Assembly: GCA_051362555.1 (NCBI GenBank) | Contig: CM120642.1 | Location: 33,976,001 to 34,040,000, forward strand | Direction: 5' to 3' | DNA: 64,000 nt | DNA from: Lingula anatina | Lineage: Eukaryota; Animalia; Brachiopoda | Shown: positions 40,501-54,200 of the stretch, one piece after another | Layout: each line of letters starts with the position of its first letter | How positions within the stretch are numbered: position 1 is the first letter of the stretch | Notes under the pieces: model-generated | Database searches by the model: none | Told to the model about the DNA's origin: nothing | The model's input: the letters and a program-made list of their open reading frames with translations, nothing else | Made by a program: the position numbers and the translations under genes

Positions 40501-40864
40501 ATTATACTCTCTCTCAGAGTTGCCGCTTGATTGCAACAGAATCAATGTCTACATGGCTTGCACAGATTTGAAAATTCCAAAAATTTTACAAGAAATTTCC
40601 TACAAAGTTTGTTCAATTTTAAGCCTTATTTCATATTGGCTGATAAAAACTGCAGTTCAGTTTCACAGAGGCAGTCATAAACTTAACATCAAACTTTCTC
40701 AATGCTCTATGAGAAAAGATAATTTGCATCACTACAACTCTCCAGTTTATCCACTAAGGTTAATTATAAACAAAGATGATAAAAAATATCATTCCACCCC
40801 TTGTCAATACTAAGATCTACAGTGCAGTAACCTTAATCACAAAACAACAACAACACCAAATCAA

Positions 40865-40866
40865 AA

Positions 40867-40917
<51 letters not shown>
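40865..40917. repeat. (AAAT)n microsatellite
   Basis: Directly visible. Confidence 0.95.
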
Positions 40918-40918
<1 letters not shown>

Positions 40919-41118
40919 CACATGTTTCTCTCAGTAAATAAAGTAAATAGTCAGGAAACAATCATCAGCCCCTCCCCCCCTCCTCCAAAGTGGTGGAGAA
41001 ATGTGCCATGAATTCACCAGAGACATATGTCTGTGAGCTAGTACATATCTAGTGAAATACAAGTCTGTGGCCCTGGTGGAAGGTATGTAGATATACAGGT
41101 ATATATATATATACACAC

Positions 41119-41213
41119 ATAAGCCTTCATACATGCATATGAACATACATATACATTGTACAGCAATAAGCCTTCATACATGCATATGAACATACATATA
41201 CATTGTACAGCAA
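41119..41213. repeat. Perfect ~47-bp tandem duplication
   Basis: ATAAGCCTTCATACATGCATATGAACATACATATACATTGTACAGCA occurs twice in tandem. Confidence 0.9.
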
Positions 41214-41221
41214 TTTCAAAA

Positions 41222-41363
41222 GGGAGGTTCTTTTTCTGAAGAAGTGGACCTTTTCCCATAAAAACTTCATGTACCTAGATCAAATTTTACCCAGAGTGGA
41301 CCTTTTCCCAGCAAAAGGGGCGGTTCTTTCGAACCCCCCGAACCCCCCCTGGCTACGGGCCTG
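41222..41363 (-). mobile_element. Truncated end of a non-autonomous DNA transposon (hAT-like)
   Basis: The minus strand begins CAGGCCCGTAGCCAGGGGGGGTTCGGGGGGTTCGAA, a CpG-retaining GC-rich terminus inside CpG-poor DNA. AGTGGACCTTTTCCCA occurs twice internally. The family is inferred. Confidence 0.5.
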
Positions 41364-42797
41364 TTGTATGTACATATATGAATGTACACATACATGTACA
41401 TATATGAATGAATGTATGTAAATGTGAATATACATGAACATATGTATATACTATAATTCCTAGTGGTCTTCAAGGAATAAAATAGCAAATGCTCATGTCC
41501 TGTGGTATTCAACCACCTGTCCCTAACATAACCTAAATATCCTGGTCTTTTTACCCTGTGGCCAGCCACACATTCCTATATATGGTGACACAGGACGACC
41601 TGACCACTGGGGGGGAAACCTTGAACTTCACGAGGCTGGCCAATGGGGCGGTTGGTTGTTCAAATGCAAACTGGACAGGTTTTGATACTTTGCACAACAA
41701 GAGCAGGCAGCTAATGTGTATATTTATTATTTATTAAGAAAGTATCATGAACTAAAATGTACAGAATTCAAAAATGCTCTGATTTCAGGCAATTAAACCC
41801 ATCACCAAATACTAGTACAGAAAACCACTGCCTGCATTTTTTATTCCCTCATGTTCCACCTAAACATCCCCAGCATTACATGGATCAGATAGCGTGTGGT
41901 GGGCTTGTGTTTCTCTCATCTAATATGTCCAATTATCTACAAGTAACAACTTAAAGAGTATGTTATTTGACGCACTTGATGGTTGTTCCCCTCTTAGGAG
42001 CCTCATCATCGGTTTTCTATTGGCACTGATGATGTCACTCTCCATTATCTTGTTGACTCAAACTATGCCAACTATTCTGACTATTTGTTCATCTTTTTAA
42101 TGTATCTAGGGCTGACCCAGTTAAGGGAAAAGGAAAGTGTCGATATCCTGGGTGGTTTTGATGAACATTTTCATGGTTGGTTGACTACAGCATTTTTACT
42201 TCAAAGTATTGACAAAAGTACACAAAGGTGTACAATTGTTCCCAACCAAATGAGTGTAAAACAATCTGACCTATTCAAAGTGGAAAAGGAAAGAGGAAAA
42301 ATCCTGAATACATATAACTTAACAATACATTCAACAGTCCTAAAAGGTACATTTTAAATATCAAACAGTAGCTCTGGCATCTTATTATATATCAAGGAAA
42401 GTGGTTCACAGACTACATGTTATACATGTGGCTGAGTCAAAAGGAAAGAGAATTCATCCTGGCAAGATTCAAGACATTTTTTCTTTAAGAAACTAGTCTA
42501 TATGCAACTGAGGTAATATGATTTAACTGTTGAAATTAATTTTCCTCTACATAACAGAATGAAATCTGGCTCACGTAAGGTGAAAAAAAAAGTGAAACCA
42601 TTCTAAATAATTACCTGCAAATCAATCAATCAATCGATCAATCAATAAATAAATAAATATTCATTCTTTATAAGTTGAAATTGTCATTTTTTTCCCCATA
42701 TTTGAAGCCACCTGGTCCTTTCTTAGCATCAGTTAATTAATTCACTTGAGCCTTTCTTGTCACTATGTACTAGTATACATTCATACATACATACATA

Positions 42798-42841
<44 letters not shown>

Positions 42842-45800
42842 TGTGTGTGGCATATTTACAGAGGCACAAACCAAACTGTGGAATAATTTGATCATTCATG
42901 CACTATTTTTTATCTCCTGTCTCAATGCAGCTCCAGCCTCTCTCTACATACATTAACTACTCAGCAGAATTCGGTAATTTATAATGGTCTTTCATTTGAC
43001 CATGCAGTGATTTGACAGCGGCTAAGGAACCAAATCCTCCACCTCACGCACTCCACAAATAAGGTCACCTGACCAGGCTTGTACGCTGCCTGGCTACATT
43101 TTGCTTTTCTAAAAAAAATTAAAATGTTTAAATGACAAATACACTATACAAAAATGACACAGTACAGTATTTCATGTTTTTCTTTCTAAGTATTGAAAGA
43201 TGTAGTAGATTGATATATATCAATACATCATTATCAGTACACCTCTTCAGGCTATGACAGGTGTCAATAAAACTACCTTTATGGGCCGTTTACATAAAAA
43301 CTGCAATTTCAGTGCTTTTTGTACAGTAAGACTTCTATGATATGAGGCGAGATGGTAAGAGAAAATGGCTTTTATTAACAACATTAGCTGAAACAATATA
43401 ATTGTACAGCTAATTCTTAAATCCAGCTCTTATAAAACAAAATGATTTACTACGTGTATTAATTTTAAATCAAGAAGTGTATGTTTTCTACTGCAACTCT
43501 GGCATTTATTGTCAATTGAAATCTGTTACTGTTCTTGGACCTGTCTTTTCTTGATGAAATCTCAGATCTGAAGTCATTCTAAAGAGCCACAAAATAACTT
43601 CAAAACCTCTCCAACCTCTTCAGAGAATCATGCCTGAGGGTTTAGAGACCAGATAACATCAAAAATAGTCCACTGTTGTTTAATCTCAAAAACCACAAGA
43701 AACATGACATAATTTTCTGCTTGACACATTTTAATAGTTCAGCCTCCCCACAGTAGAATAGCAGTGCTGGTGTAGCGGTGGGGGGAGATCTGGATTACGA
43801 TCATTTGTGATTGCTGATCATGACTGGTATGTACGGCACACGTCGCATCATGTTACGATAGGCCACATGAAAAGCCCTGACGCCAGGGTATCTGACCAAA
43901 TAAACCCATTTGACATACCTGTGGTCTAGGAGAAGATGGAGAGGTGACAGTAAAGGTTGTAGTGAACAAACAAATTGAACTGATTCATTCACTCTGATGG
44001 GAACCATCTAGGTAAACAAATTCTGGACAATGTTTTTCCACATATTTGTGGTGCTAATGATTTGGTGCTAAACAATAAGTTACATGTAGATATGTTAAAT
44101 ATTTTCATTAACAAACTAGGTTCAGATGAGTATGTTCAAATTAATCAAACCTGTAGCAACCTACAATTTGAAAGATTGTCACAGTAGTCAAATAAAAAAC
44201 ATATAATAATAATAATAAAATGTAATTATTATATAATTGGAATGTTCTTATTTTCCAATAAATAATAATCTTGGTAAATTCTTATTCCAAAATTGGCTTG
44301 AGTGTAGGTGACTTTAGACTTGCTTAACTAAAGCATATAACTTTTTACATAGTTTCAGTATTATATTTTATTTACAGACAAGTATACATTGTCCTGCATT
44401 GTCAGTACTGTACTGACTATATACCTGACCTGCTATCTAACTGATATTAGAATACCAAATAAACTCAAACACATTTCCCATATCAAGTGGAATTCCTGCT
44501 TGTTTTTGATTTATCAAGTAATTGTTTTCTTGATTAACAGATTGACTTCTTGGATACCTTGCAAATAATATCACAACAACAAAAGATTTGGAAGACTTAA
44601 AGGCTGTTTGAATAAACCCATTGACAAATTAAGCATATTTACTGATGTTACCAAGAATTCCAAACAAGCAACTCAATCAACCAACCAGGCTCCTTGATCT
44701 TCCTTTTTAATTGGCCTATCATTAATCACTTAACATCCTCCTATCCTCTGATTGGCCTATCACTAAACATTTAACGCTCTCCTCCCCTCTGGCTATCAAT
44801 CACAGCATACAGCATAATACACGTGTGTAAAGTGTAATAAAAAGTCTATATGCACACCAGCCTGAGGCAAATCGCTGCTAAATTGTCTTCACCTAAGATA
44901 ACAGATTTGGCTCAAGCAGACATTTTTGTGGAGGCAGCACTGCTTAGAAAACAAAAGCACTGGCTTAAAAGTGGGTGGCTTGTTTCTGCATTTTCCCCAA
45001 ATATTAAGATGGTTTCTTCGTGATTACCTTTAACTTCAATTTAAAAAATGGAAAGAAATGGAAGTCCATCAACTGTACATATTGCTCAGTTTTCAGTTCA
45101 TTACTGGTTTAATTATCAAAAACTTTGAAACTCTGAAATTACATTTTTTAAATAGTTATACAGAAAGAAGTGCAATATTCTCTACTTCTACCAATGTACA
45201 TGTAGACATACATGTGGACATACATGTGGCAAGAAGAAGCTGATATCAAAAGAAATAAATTAATTATTATCATTAAGAAGTAACAAAATAAAGCATGTTT
45301 TGTGACTGATTTGTAGCTCAGAATATGATGTTAATGTGCCATGCTTAAAATAATGTCACTTCATCAGTTGCAATAAAATTAGTTTTCATAACCCACATTG
45401 AGGCTCATGACAATTTGAGATGGTCACCAAGTTGATTCGTCGATAAAAATATCTAGAAAAAAACTATAACAATGCTTTGAATTTTTTTTACTGCTTGAAT
45501 ACAGAAGAAATTGGCATAAAGAATACTAGCCAAATATAAGAATGTGCTATTTTTATAGTGTTTTGCACAAAAATGCCTTAGAATTTGATCTTATGTAGAT
45601 TTCGAGGGTTCAAATTTTAACCTCATTCTTTTTAATCAAGGTCAGTGCGTGTGTTCTAATAAAATGATCTCATGAACAGTCACACCGCATGACTTCTGAC
45701 TGGACAAATTAAGGAAAGATAACTTTATTTGAATAGTCTCTTAACAAACACTGGATCCCTTGCACGAACTGGATATACATACAAAAATGTCAGCAGAATC

Positions 45801-46523
45801 TTACAAACACAGACCAGAATAAGGTTATCTTATCTGCACGTAAGAAGTAGTAAATATTTTGTACCCGTGGTGGTAATGGTCTTAATTGTACAATCTGAGA
45901 CTACTGAGGGCATGTCAATAGTCACAGTACATAGGTAAGCATAGTCAACGATAGCTGTCACCTTTATAGGAAGATAACATGTTCCGGAAAAATACATTTG
46001 GTTGAGTAATGAATTATTCAGTTGGGATAAAAAAATCTGACAAGTCCACATTTTATAGATCTTCATTCAGGTCACAATGGTAAAAAGACACATATATTTT
46101 AAGGCTGCTATTTCTACACTCTATACTGACAATGTGAAGTATGGCATGAAGTTTTAACTTGAATAGTTTATACATTTAAAACAGGCAATGCAACGTGTTG
46201 TATTATTTTTTAATAAGAGTAAGTTAATTTCCATCAATTGCCTGATATGAGACAACAGCCTGTGATTAACATTTTATTCATCCAATATGTAATACAAAAA
46301 ATTCATGAAATGACATTTTCCCTCAAAATGCAACATAATTGTTCTAAATATTTTACAAGATTCACCTGATTTCTCTGCTAGATTTTCTGTATGTTCACTT
46401 TCTTTCAAACTCTGCCAATCTCCCCTCTTATCCCTCTCCTAAAGTCTGTGCTTTTATTGAAACCTTCCATATTTTTATTTACAACTACCTCAGATTTCTG
46501 ACCTGATGTGCTTCTAACCTAAT

Positions 46524-46637
46524 ATCATCATCATCATAAATCATCACCATCATCATCAACATCACCATCATCATCAACATCACCATCATCATCATCAACA
46601 TCACCATCATCATCATCATCAACATCACCGTCATCAT
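46524..46637. repeat. Imperfect (CAT)n repeat
   Basis: Directly visible CAT/CAC/CAA triplet array. Confidence 0.9.
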
Positions 46638-49194
46638 CTCACTCGCCTTCCTCATCATCAACATACTATCATTAAAGGACTAGTCTCGCTATTTTCAAAT
46701 CATTATTATTATTTTCTTTTCTACCTACAGACTACATCTCTGCATTATTTTCTGCCTTTTGCAACTACAGAACAACAACACCATCACATCATATTATCCC
46801 TCTCTCTCTCTTCATCTATTACAATACCAGTAGTGGTTCTATAGACATGTACTGACAGATACACAACACTAAATTCTAGAAATGTTCACAAGATCAGAAG
46901 ATGGAGCCCTGACCTCAATAAATCATGAATAATAATAATCTAATTAAAGAACCACCACCAGTGAACAGTGCTGCCACTGCTTGTGCTCCGTTAATTTGAT
47001 TGGCAGACCACTGAAACCAAGATTAATGTCCACATAATTGACCGCAGTGCTACTACCGTCCCTGAGCCATCCCGCCAAAATTACCAATACAGACATTACA
47101 CTGTGTTCACTGTATGCTAATAGAGATGAAGATATATGCACATTGTGGATGTGGTTATTTAGCAAAGTTATGCATCATTAGGCAGAGCAAGGAATGATCA
47201 CAACCCACGGCTGTCCATTCTCTGGCACGTGAATCCACTTAGACATCTTTGCACCTATATGATACTTCAGGTGCTTTCACTGGGAACCACTAGAAATAGT
47301 TCTGTGTCTAATATCTTCAGTTCATTGTAGGCATCACTGAGTCAACAGCTCAGCATTAAGCCACCTGAGTTAATAAAGTAAAGTTAAGATGTGCTACTAC
47401 TTATACAGAAGGTCCTATTGGAGAGTAATGACCACAGTTGACAAATCTTTGTAAATAATACTTGATTCATATCTCGTTGAAAATGTGCAAGTCTGGCAAG
47501 TTAAAAATCAAGAAACATTGAGTATAATAACTTTGTTTCAAGAAGGATGAGGATTGAAAATTGACATTCATAAGTCAATGGGACCCTCTAGTTACCCACT
47601 GGTTGATGTCATTTACAGCTGATGATTGCAAAATAGAAAGTCTCATCAATGGTAAGAGCCCAATACTCAGTAAAATATACTGAGACGGAATTGAGAGGAT
47701 TATGGCAAATATATGAAATGGACTATTTGTTAACTTACGGCAGCAAAAAATGGTGTTTTTAGTATGATGATAAAAGGTTTCATCAACCTGAATTGCAAAG
47801 GATCCATTACCAGCTATAAAGAGGAGATACAGAATATAAAATAAACATTTTTAAATAAGCACAAATGTGGTCACATTATATATGATTATTACCCGTTTTA
47901 CCACTGTCAATTGCATAAGAGGCACTGTAAAAAGCACCACATAAGGATATTCAGTTCATGTGGTTTTACATCATGGTCATCATAAAATTGTTATACTGAG
48001 TTTAAGTCAATGTTTTCTCAATAACAGGACAATAAAGCAGGTAAAATGTCCCCAGTTTCCATAGTCCTGTTGTCCTGTGGCTGAAATATTCAACACACAA
48101 CAAAGGCATATCTCATTTGCATCTGTTGGTTTAATTAAATGGAGGAAAAATTTACCACATGATGGAGATATTTTATACAGCAGTTCTATTTAATCAAAAT
48201 TTTATTTTCAAATCTCAACAACAAGTAAGGTACGTTGTGTAACATCAGGTGCACATTCATAATCTTCACAACTTGAAAGAGGAGGGATGGGGGAGGGGTA
48301 CAAAGCAATATGTTCCTCATAGAGTGCTTTTCTTTTTATTCTTTTTATGATCATGGTGCTTTCAAATAACGACACAAAAGTAGTAAATAAATGAAAAAAC
48401 AGTAAATAAATGTCTTTGTTCAAATGTAGCCCCAAATGTGTAAGCCTGATAGAATGGACCATATGGGAGAGTTACAGAGGGGTAATTTCATTCCAGAAAG
48501 TGTGAGCAACCATACCATGGATCCACCCCCCCCCCCCCCTTTAACTCTGCATGTATAGCTATCCTGTCACAGGTTAAAAGTCAACAAACAGATTTAGATC
48601 CATATATCACAAGCCTTTTACATAATTTACACATATTAATTATCACATATTAATTTGCCTCACAGGTGTGAAAATATTGCATCCAACTTCCAATGGTACA
48701 TGGACACATGACAAAACCTTCTCTGCATGGGGCTATAAATTATAATCCTAATCATGTTTACCACTACTGAAGGAAATTAAATTCCAAGTTTCCTTGTTTT
48801 CGTCCCTGCAATGATGTCTACAATTACTTGTGGGTGTATTAATTAGGATTTGATATCAACACACCCTCTCCTGTATGATATGTCTATTATCAGATCCAAA
48901 AAATATTTTCCAACAGTATTCCAAGTTATATTTGTTGATCCATCCATTCTTGACTAGCTTCCAAAAGAAAAAAAATCAAATGCCTCTCAATGTAAACTTG
49001 AACAATTCTGACCCTCTTCTGGAAGACCCAGAAGCCATGAAAAAAGATTCAGTGAAAAGCAACAATTGTCATGGTAATGTAAGACAGTAAATGATGCGGA
49101 AATTGATTCTCTAATTTGTTTGATGCTCGTACATCCTTGGCTACATAGAGTGTCTATCCCTTTATGTCCATGCATCATTACTCACAACCATTCA

Positions 49195-50230
49195 TGAAGA
49201 TGACCATTTCTGTATATTGACCAGTTACCTTGGACCCATCTTACCCTAAAGATGACCATACATCTCTGTATATTGACCAGTTACCTTGGACCTATCTTAC
49301 CCTGAAGATGACCATACATCTCTGTATATTGACCAGTTACCTTGGACCCATCTTACCCTGAAGATGACCATACATCTCTGTATATTGACCAGTTACCACG
49401 GACCCATCTTACCCTGAAGATGACCATACATCTCTGTATATTGACCAGTTACCTTGGACCCATCTTATACTGAAGATGACCATACATCTCTGTATATTGA
49501 CCAGTTACCTTGGACCCATCTTACCCTGAAGATGACCATACATCTCTGTATATTGACCAGTTACCTTGGACCCATCTTAACCTGAAGATGACCATACATC
49601 TCTGTATATTGACCAGTTACCTTGGACCCATCTTACCCTGAAGATGACCATACATCTCTGTATATTGACCAGTTAACACCTTGGACCTATCTTACCCTGA
49701 AGATGACCATACATCTCTGTATATTGACCAGTTACTAGTACCTTGGACCCATCTTACTCTGAAGATGACCATGCATCTCTGTATATTGACCAGTTACCTT
49801 GGACCCATCTTACTCTGAAGATGACCATACATCTCTGTATATTGACCAGTTAACACCTTGGACCTATCTTACCCTGAAGATGACCATACATCTCTGTATA
49901 TTGACCAGTTACCTTGGACCCATCTTACTCTGAAGATGACCATGCATCTCTGTACACATGTATATTGACCAGTTACCTTGGACCCATCTTACTCTGAAGA
50001 TGACCATACATCTCTGTATATTGACCAGTTACCTTGGACCCATCTTACCCTGAAGATGACCATACATTTCTGTATATTGACCAGTTACCTTGGACCCATC
50101 TTAACCTGAAGATGACCATACATCTCTGTATATTTACCAGTTACCTTGGGCCCATCTTACCCTGAAGATGACCATATATCTCTGTATATTGACCAGTTAC
50201 CTTGGACCCATCTTACCCCCAGGATGGCCA
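49195..50230. repeat. 56-bp minisatellite, about 18 copies
   Basis: Unit GAAGATGACCATACATCTCTGTATATTGACCAGTTACCTTGGACCCATCTTACCCT repeated head to tail with no spacers. Confidence 0.97.
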
Positions 50231-50808
50231 TTCGCCTCTATTTGGCCCATACACCATGCATGTGGTGCCAAAAACAGCTCTATACTTAGTGACCCCCCCT
50301 CTTCCTCCGGCCTATCTGCCCCACCAATTAACTTTGTTCTGGTTTAAAGAAGGGCTATATCTTACCCTCTGCAACAGTAATGAAAGTTTTTAAATCAAAG
50401 TTGTCTCCAACAAAACAATTCATTTATTTATTTATTTCAATTGCCTCTGACTTATGTAAGCAATGCAGGTAACAAATGACAACAGATATTTCAAACCAGC
50501 ATAAAAGGCAAATAAAAAGAGATCAAAATCTATCATTTAAAGGCAACTGTTATCTGATGAACAATTCAAAGATTATGTTACATATGGAACTTGGAATGGA
50601 ACCAACTTGTGCTTTGATCTAAGCCACTAGGGAGAAGAAGCTGAAGGAGATAATCATTTTCAAAATAGGTAGCAGCAAACTATTAGAAACCATCTAAGCT
50701 TTCATTCAAATCATCAAAGGTAAGCTGAAAAGTGATCATCATTTATCCACAAATTCAGAAAATTAGAGGTCTAGTTGCCTGTCATGCCTTTCAATGAATT
50801 CTCCATCA

Positions 50809-51214
50809 ATTGTACAGTGGCAAGGAGAGGGAGGGGTGTTATTGTACAGTGACAGGGAGAGGGAGGGGTGTTATTGTACAGTGGCAGGGAGAGGGAGGGG
50901 TGTTATTGTACAGTGACAGGGAGAGGGAGGAGTGTTATTGTACAATGACAGGGAGAGGGAGGAGTGTTATTGTACAGTGGCAGGGAGAGGGAGGAGTGTT
51001 ATTGTACAGTGGCAGGGAGAGGGAGGGGTGTTATTGTACAGTGGCAGGGAGAGGGAGGGGTGTTATTGTACAGTGGCAGGGAGAGGGAGGGGTGTTATTG
51101 TACAGTGGCAGGGAGAGGGAGGGGTGTTATTGTACAGTGACAGGGAGAGGGAGGGGTGTTATTATACAGTGGCAGGGAGAGGGAGGAGTGTTATTGTACA
51201 GTGGCAGGGAGAGG
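50809..51214. repeat. 32-bp G-rich minisatellite, about 12.5 copies
   Basis: Unit TTATTGTACAGTGGCAGGGAGAGGGAGGGGTG. Confidence 0.97.
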
Positions 51215-54200
51215 AAGGCCAACTGTTTGTCACCAGAGAGGTCAGCCCAGGCCACTATCTGAGCACACAGGGCCAACAGGAACCATATACCTTATACTAG
51301 AATGCTATTTTGTAAACAAATAAGATAATAAATGTGCTGAAACTAGATAACTCTGTACCACCCGTATGCTTTAACCACTTTATCCATGGTCCATTATAAA
51401 TATCACTGAGGAAATGATTGAATATGGTCAACAGAGAAACTGATGGATATATATCTATAAACAAACTGAAATGCATAGATGGGTTTTAAATTAGTGATGT
51501 GATGGTGTTAGTGATGATGCGTTGAAAAGACTTATGTCTTTACTACTAATCTATGAATCGACAAATGACAATATGACTGGGTTCCCATACAGGATCTTAC
51601 AGGATCGTTCCATCTTCAAGGGGTTTCTCGCCAAATTGCTTCCAGCATTAGGGGCTTAGATGTCTGGTACACCTACTGAAGCTGCCAAACGATAATTAAT
51701 TACCCCCTTGCAGCTTCAGCAGATAAGTTGATTGCAATTTAGCTAGAATCCCCTTGGAGATAGATCGATCCACAGCAAATACGATAGGGTCTGGGAATGG
51801 TCCCTAGGGTACCATGTTGTTGACAGAGCACCTGCAGCAGTGATCTGTCCCCCGAGATGGCCAGGTCTCAGCTCTCATTCTGCGGCAACTCTGGTTGACT
51901 ATCTCTATGCAGAGGTGAACCACAAAAACAACAAAACAAACTGTTTTCAGTGTGATAACCTGCCTTGATGGGTTAACGTAAATATCAACAGCAGTGGGCA
52001 GGAGACCTGGTCGTACATTTGGAGGTCACAGGGGTGTGTTCAAAACAAACCATTACAAGATGTGGTGACGGGATCACGATCTATCACAGAGGGTGGTTGT
52101 CTGCTATTATTTATAATTCATTAAATATATAAATTTTCCAAAAACAATAATTTGTTAATTAGAGCTAAAAGAAATGATTCAAAATTTTCAAAAGTTGATA
52201 CACAAGGAATGAAAGAAAATGTGCTAGACCTGAACATTGCAGGATATTATTTTTCCTCAGTATTTCAACACTTTTCCTTAATTACCAGTAAATACCACAT
52301 CCAAAGCCAATGACAAAATTACCATCAGAATTTGAGTTCTTATCTTAAAATAATTAACTCACTCTTGTAAAGATAGGGGCTGGTGAATTTCACTTGGTAT
52401 CAGTAAAAATTGGATATTTGAACTCTAAAACAACTTTATATTTTCTCACCAGATATACCTTGTTTATAAACAAAAACTGATATACTTTCAAAGACAATTT
52501 ATTTTCTTCCTATATATTAATTATAAGGTCTAACATGCATCATTTGTATTTAATGAGTAAAAATAAGCCAAGCAAGAAAAATGAACAAACAAATTCAACA
52601 AAGCCACTCTCATCAAATAGAAGCACTCTTCTAAGTTTGTTTATTTTTTGGCTGACATACACCTCAGATGGGGTGTTTTAGTGAAGTAGGTGACAATAAC
52701 CTTGTATTGTCAGCAGCGGTTTGTCCTGGGTCTGTACAGGCCCCTGGGCAATGTGTGTTTGACCGTCCATTTCAGGCACGGCGTGACAACCACAAGTTTC
52801 ACGTGTGGTTAAAATATTGTGGCCACTTTGATATTTCGCTTTCTGGCTGTGTTTATGAGTGTGAATCTTTATTCTGCTTAAGCAACCCATTTTTGTTTGA
52901 TTCAATTTGTTGATATAAAAGTTTTATCATCTGAAGCTTGACTTCCCTACTGGCAGTTATAGATATTTATGAAAATAAAATACATGAAACTGATTTGACA
53001 ATGTTTATTTCTTTCCCTCTTTTATTTTATTGAAGCTGCCTGTCATTAATTATGATACCATAAAAACTCAATTAACATACCTGAATAAAAACTCAAATAA
53101 AAATAAAAATAAATAAAAATAAAAACATAAAAACTCAATTAACATACCTGAATCTTCAGCTTGTGCTTGATCTAATTTGGATGATTGTATTTAAATTCAT
53201 TTCTATTATGCAATTTATTCCAATGCAAGAGATTTAAAGACTTTCGAATATTTTTACGATATCCTTGATGATGTGCTTCAAATAGAGTACATATTTACAG
53301 TTCATAAACTGATATTATCATAGTTACCTTTAACTTAGTTGAACATGTGATTGGTAATTCAAACTCTTTTCATTGCATTTTGTGACAAAATTTGAAACTA
53401 ATATGATAAAGTTATGAAGAGCATCTTAAGTTTGTATTAATATTAGGTGGTCTGAGTAGAATGATTATTTTGACAAAATAAAAAAGAAATATAAGGATTC
53501 AGTGTCATTTATTTTCTTGTTGATTTTATTTTAAAAATACATTCTCAAAATTCTGGTTGCTCCATAATAACTTTTGTTTTCAGCGCCTCAATGAAATTAA
53601 AAACTTTCACCAAATCAAAATGAATTATTGTATATAATTAGCAAAGAGAAGACATTGGCCATTTTCTTTAGGCCAAATTCCGTTATGATTCCCTGTAGCT
53701 ACATAAACACATAAATGACTTTTAAGACTTGAGTACTGATGTTCCTTGTCCAAGGCTGAAGACTACCAAAATGAAATAAATCTAGTTAAAAAAAACGTTT
53801 TTACCATCTTACCAGACAATTTGAATTTAATCTTTAACCTGATCATCTTTTCATCTCAGTAAATTGCTGCATTTCATTTAGTGTCACTTGTATACACGTA
53901 AAACATGTCAAATATATGCAGATATGACAGAGTTATGTAACAATTTGACAAATGCCACTCCAAAGCAAGGGCATACAGGTAGAGTGAACACTGATATCTG
54001 TCTTCTCTTCATACCTGAATATTTATTTCAAACACAGAACCTAAGCATGCGAGACCTGTTTAACCTTCTACAACTATTTATCTTTTCATAACCATAAATC
54101 TTAAGCACTTGTATGCAATTAATTTGATCAAATATGGTATTTATCACTTAAAGGATTGTAAATTTGTTAATTAAGATCACTTAACATCCTTAATTCACAT

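Noticed and set aside
46524-46637. Poly-His-encoding tract
   Set aside because: Simple (CAT)n repeat with no start or splice context.
49195-50230. CRISPR-like array
   Set aside because: Head-to-tail units without unique spacers, no cas genes, and a eukaryotic context.
50810-51300. 150-aa and 122-aa repetitive ORFs
   Set aside because: Artefacts of a stop-free 32-bp unit cycling through three frames.
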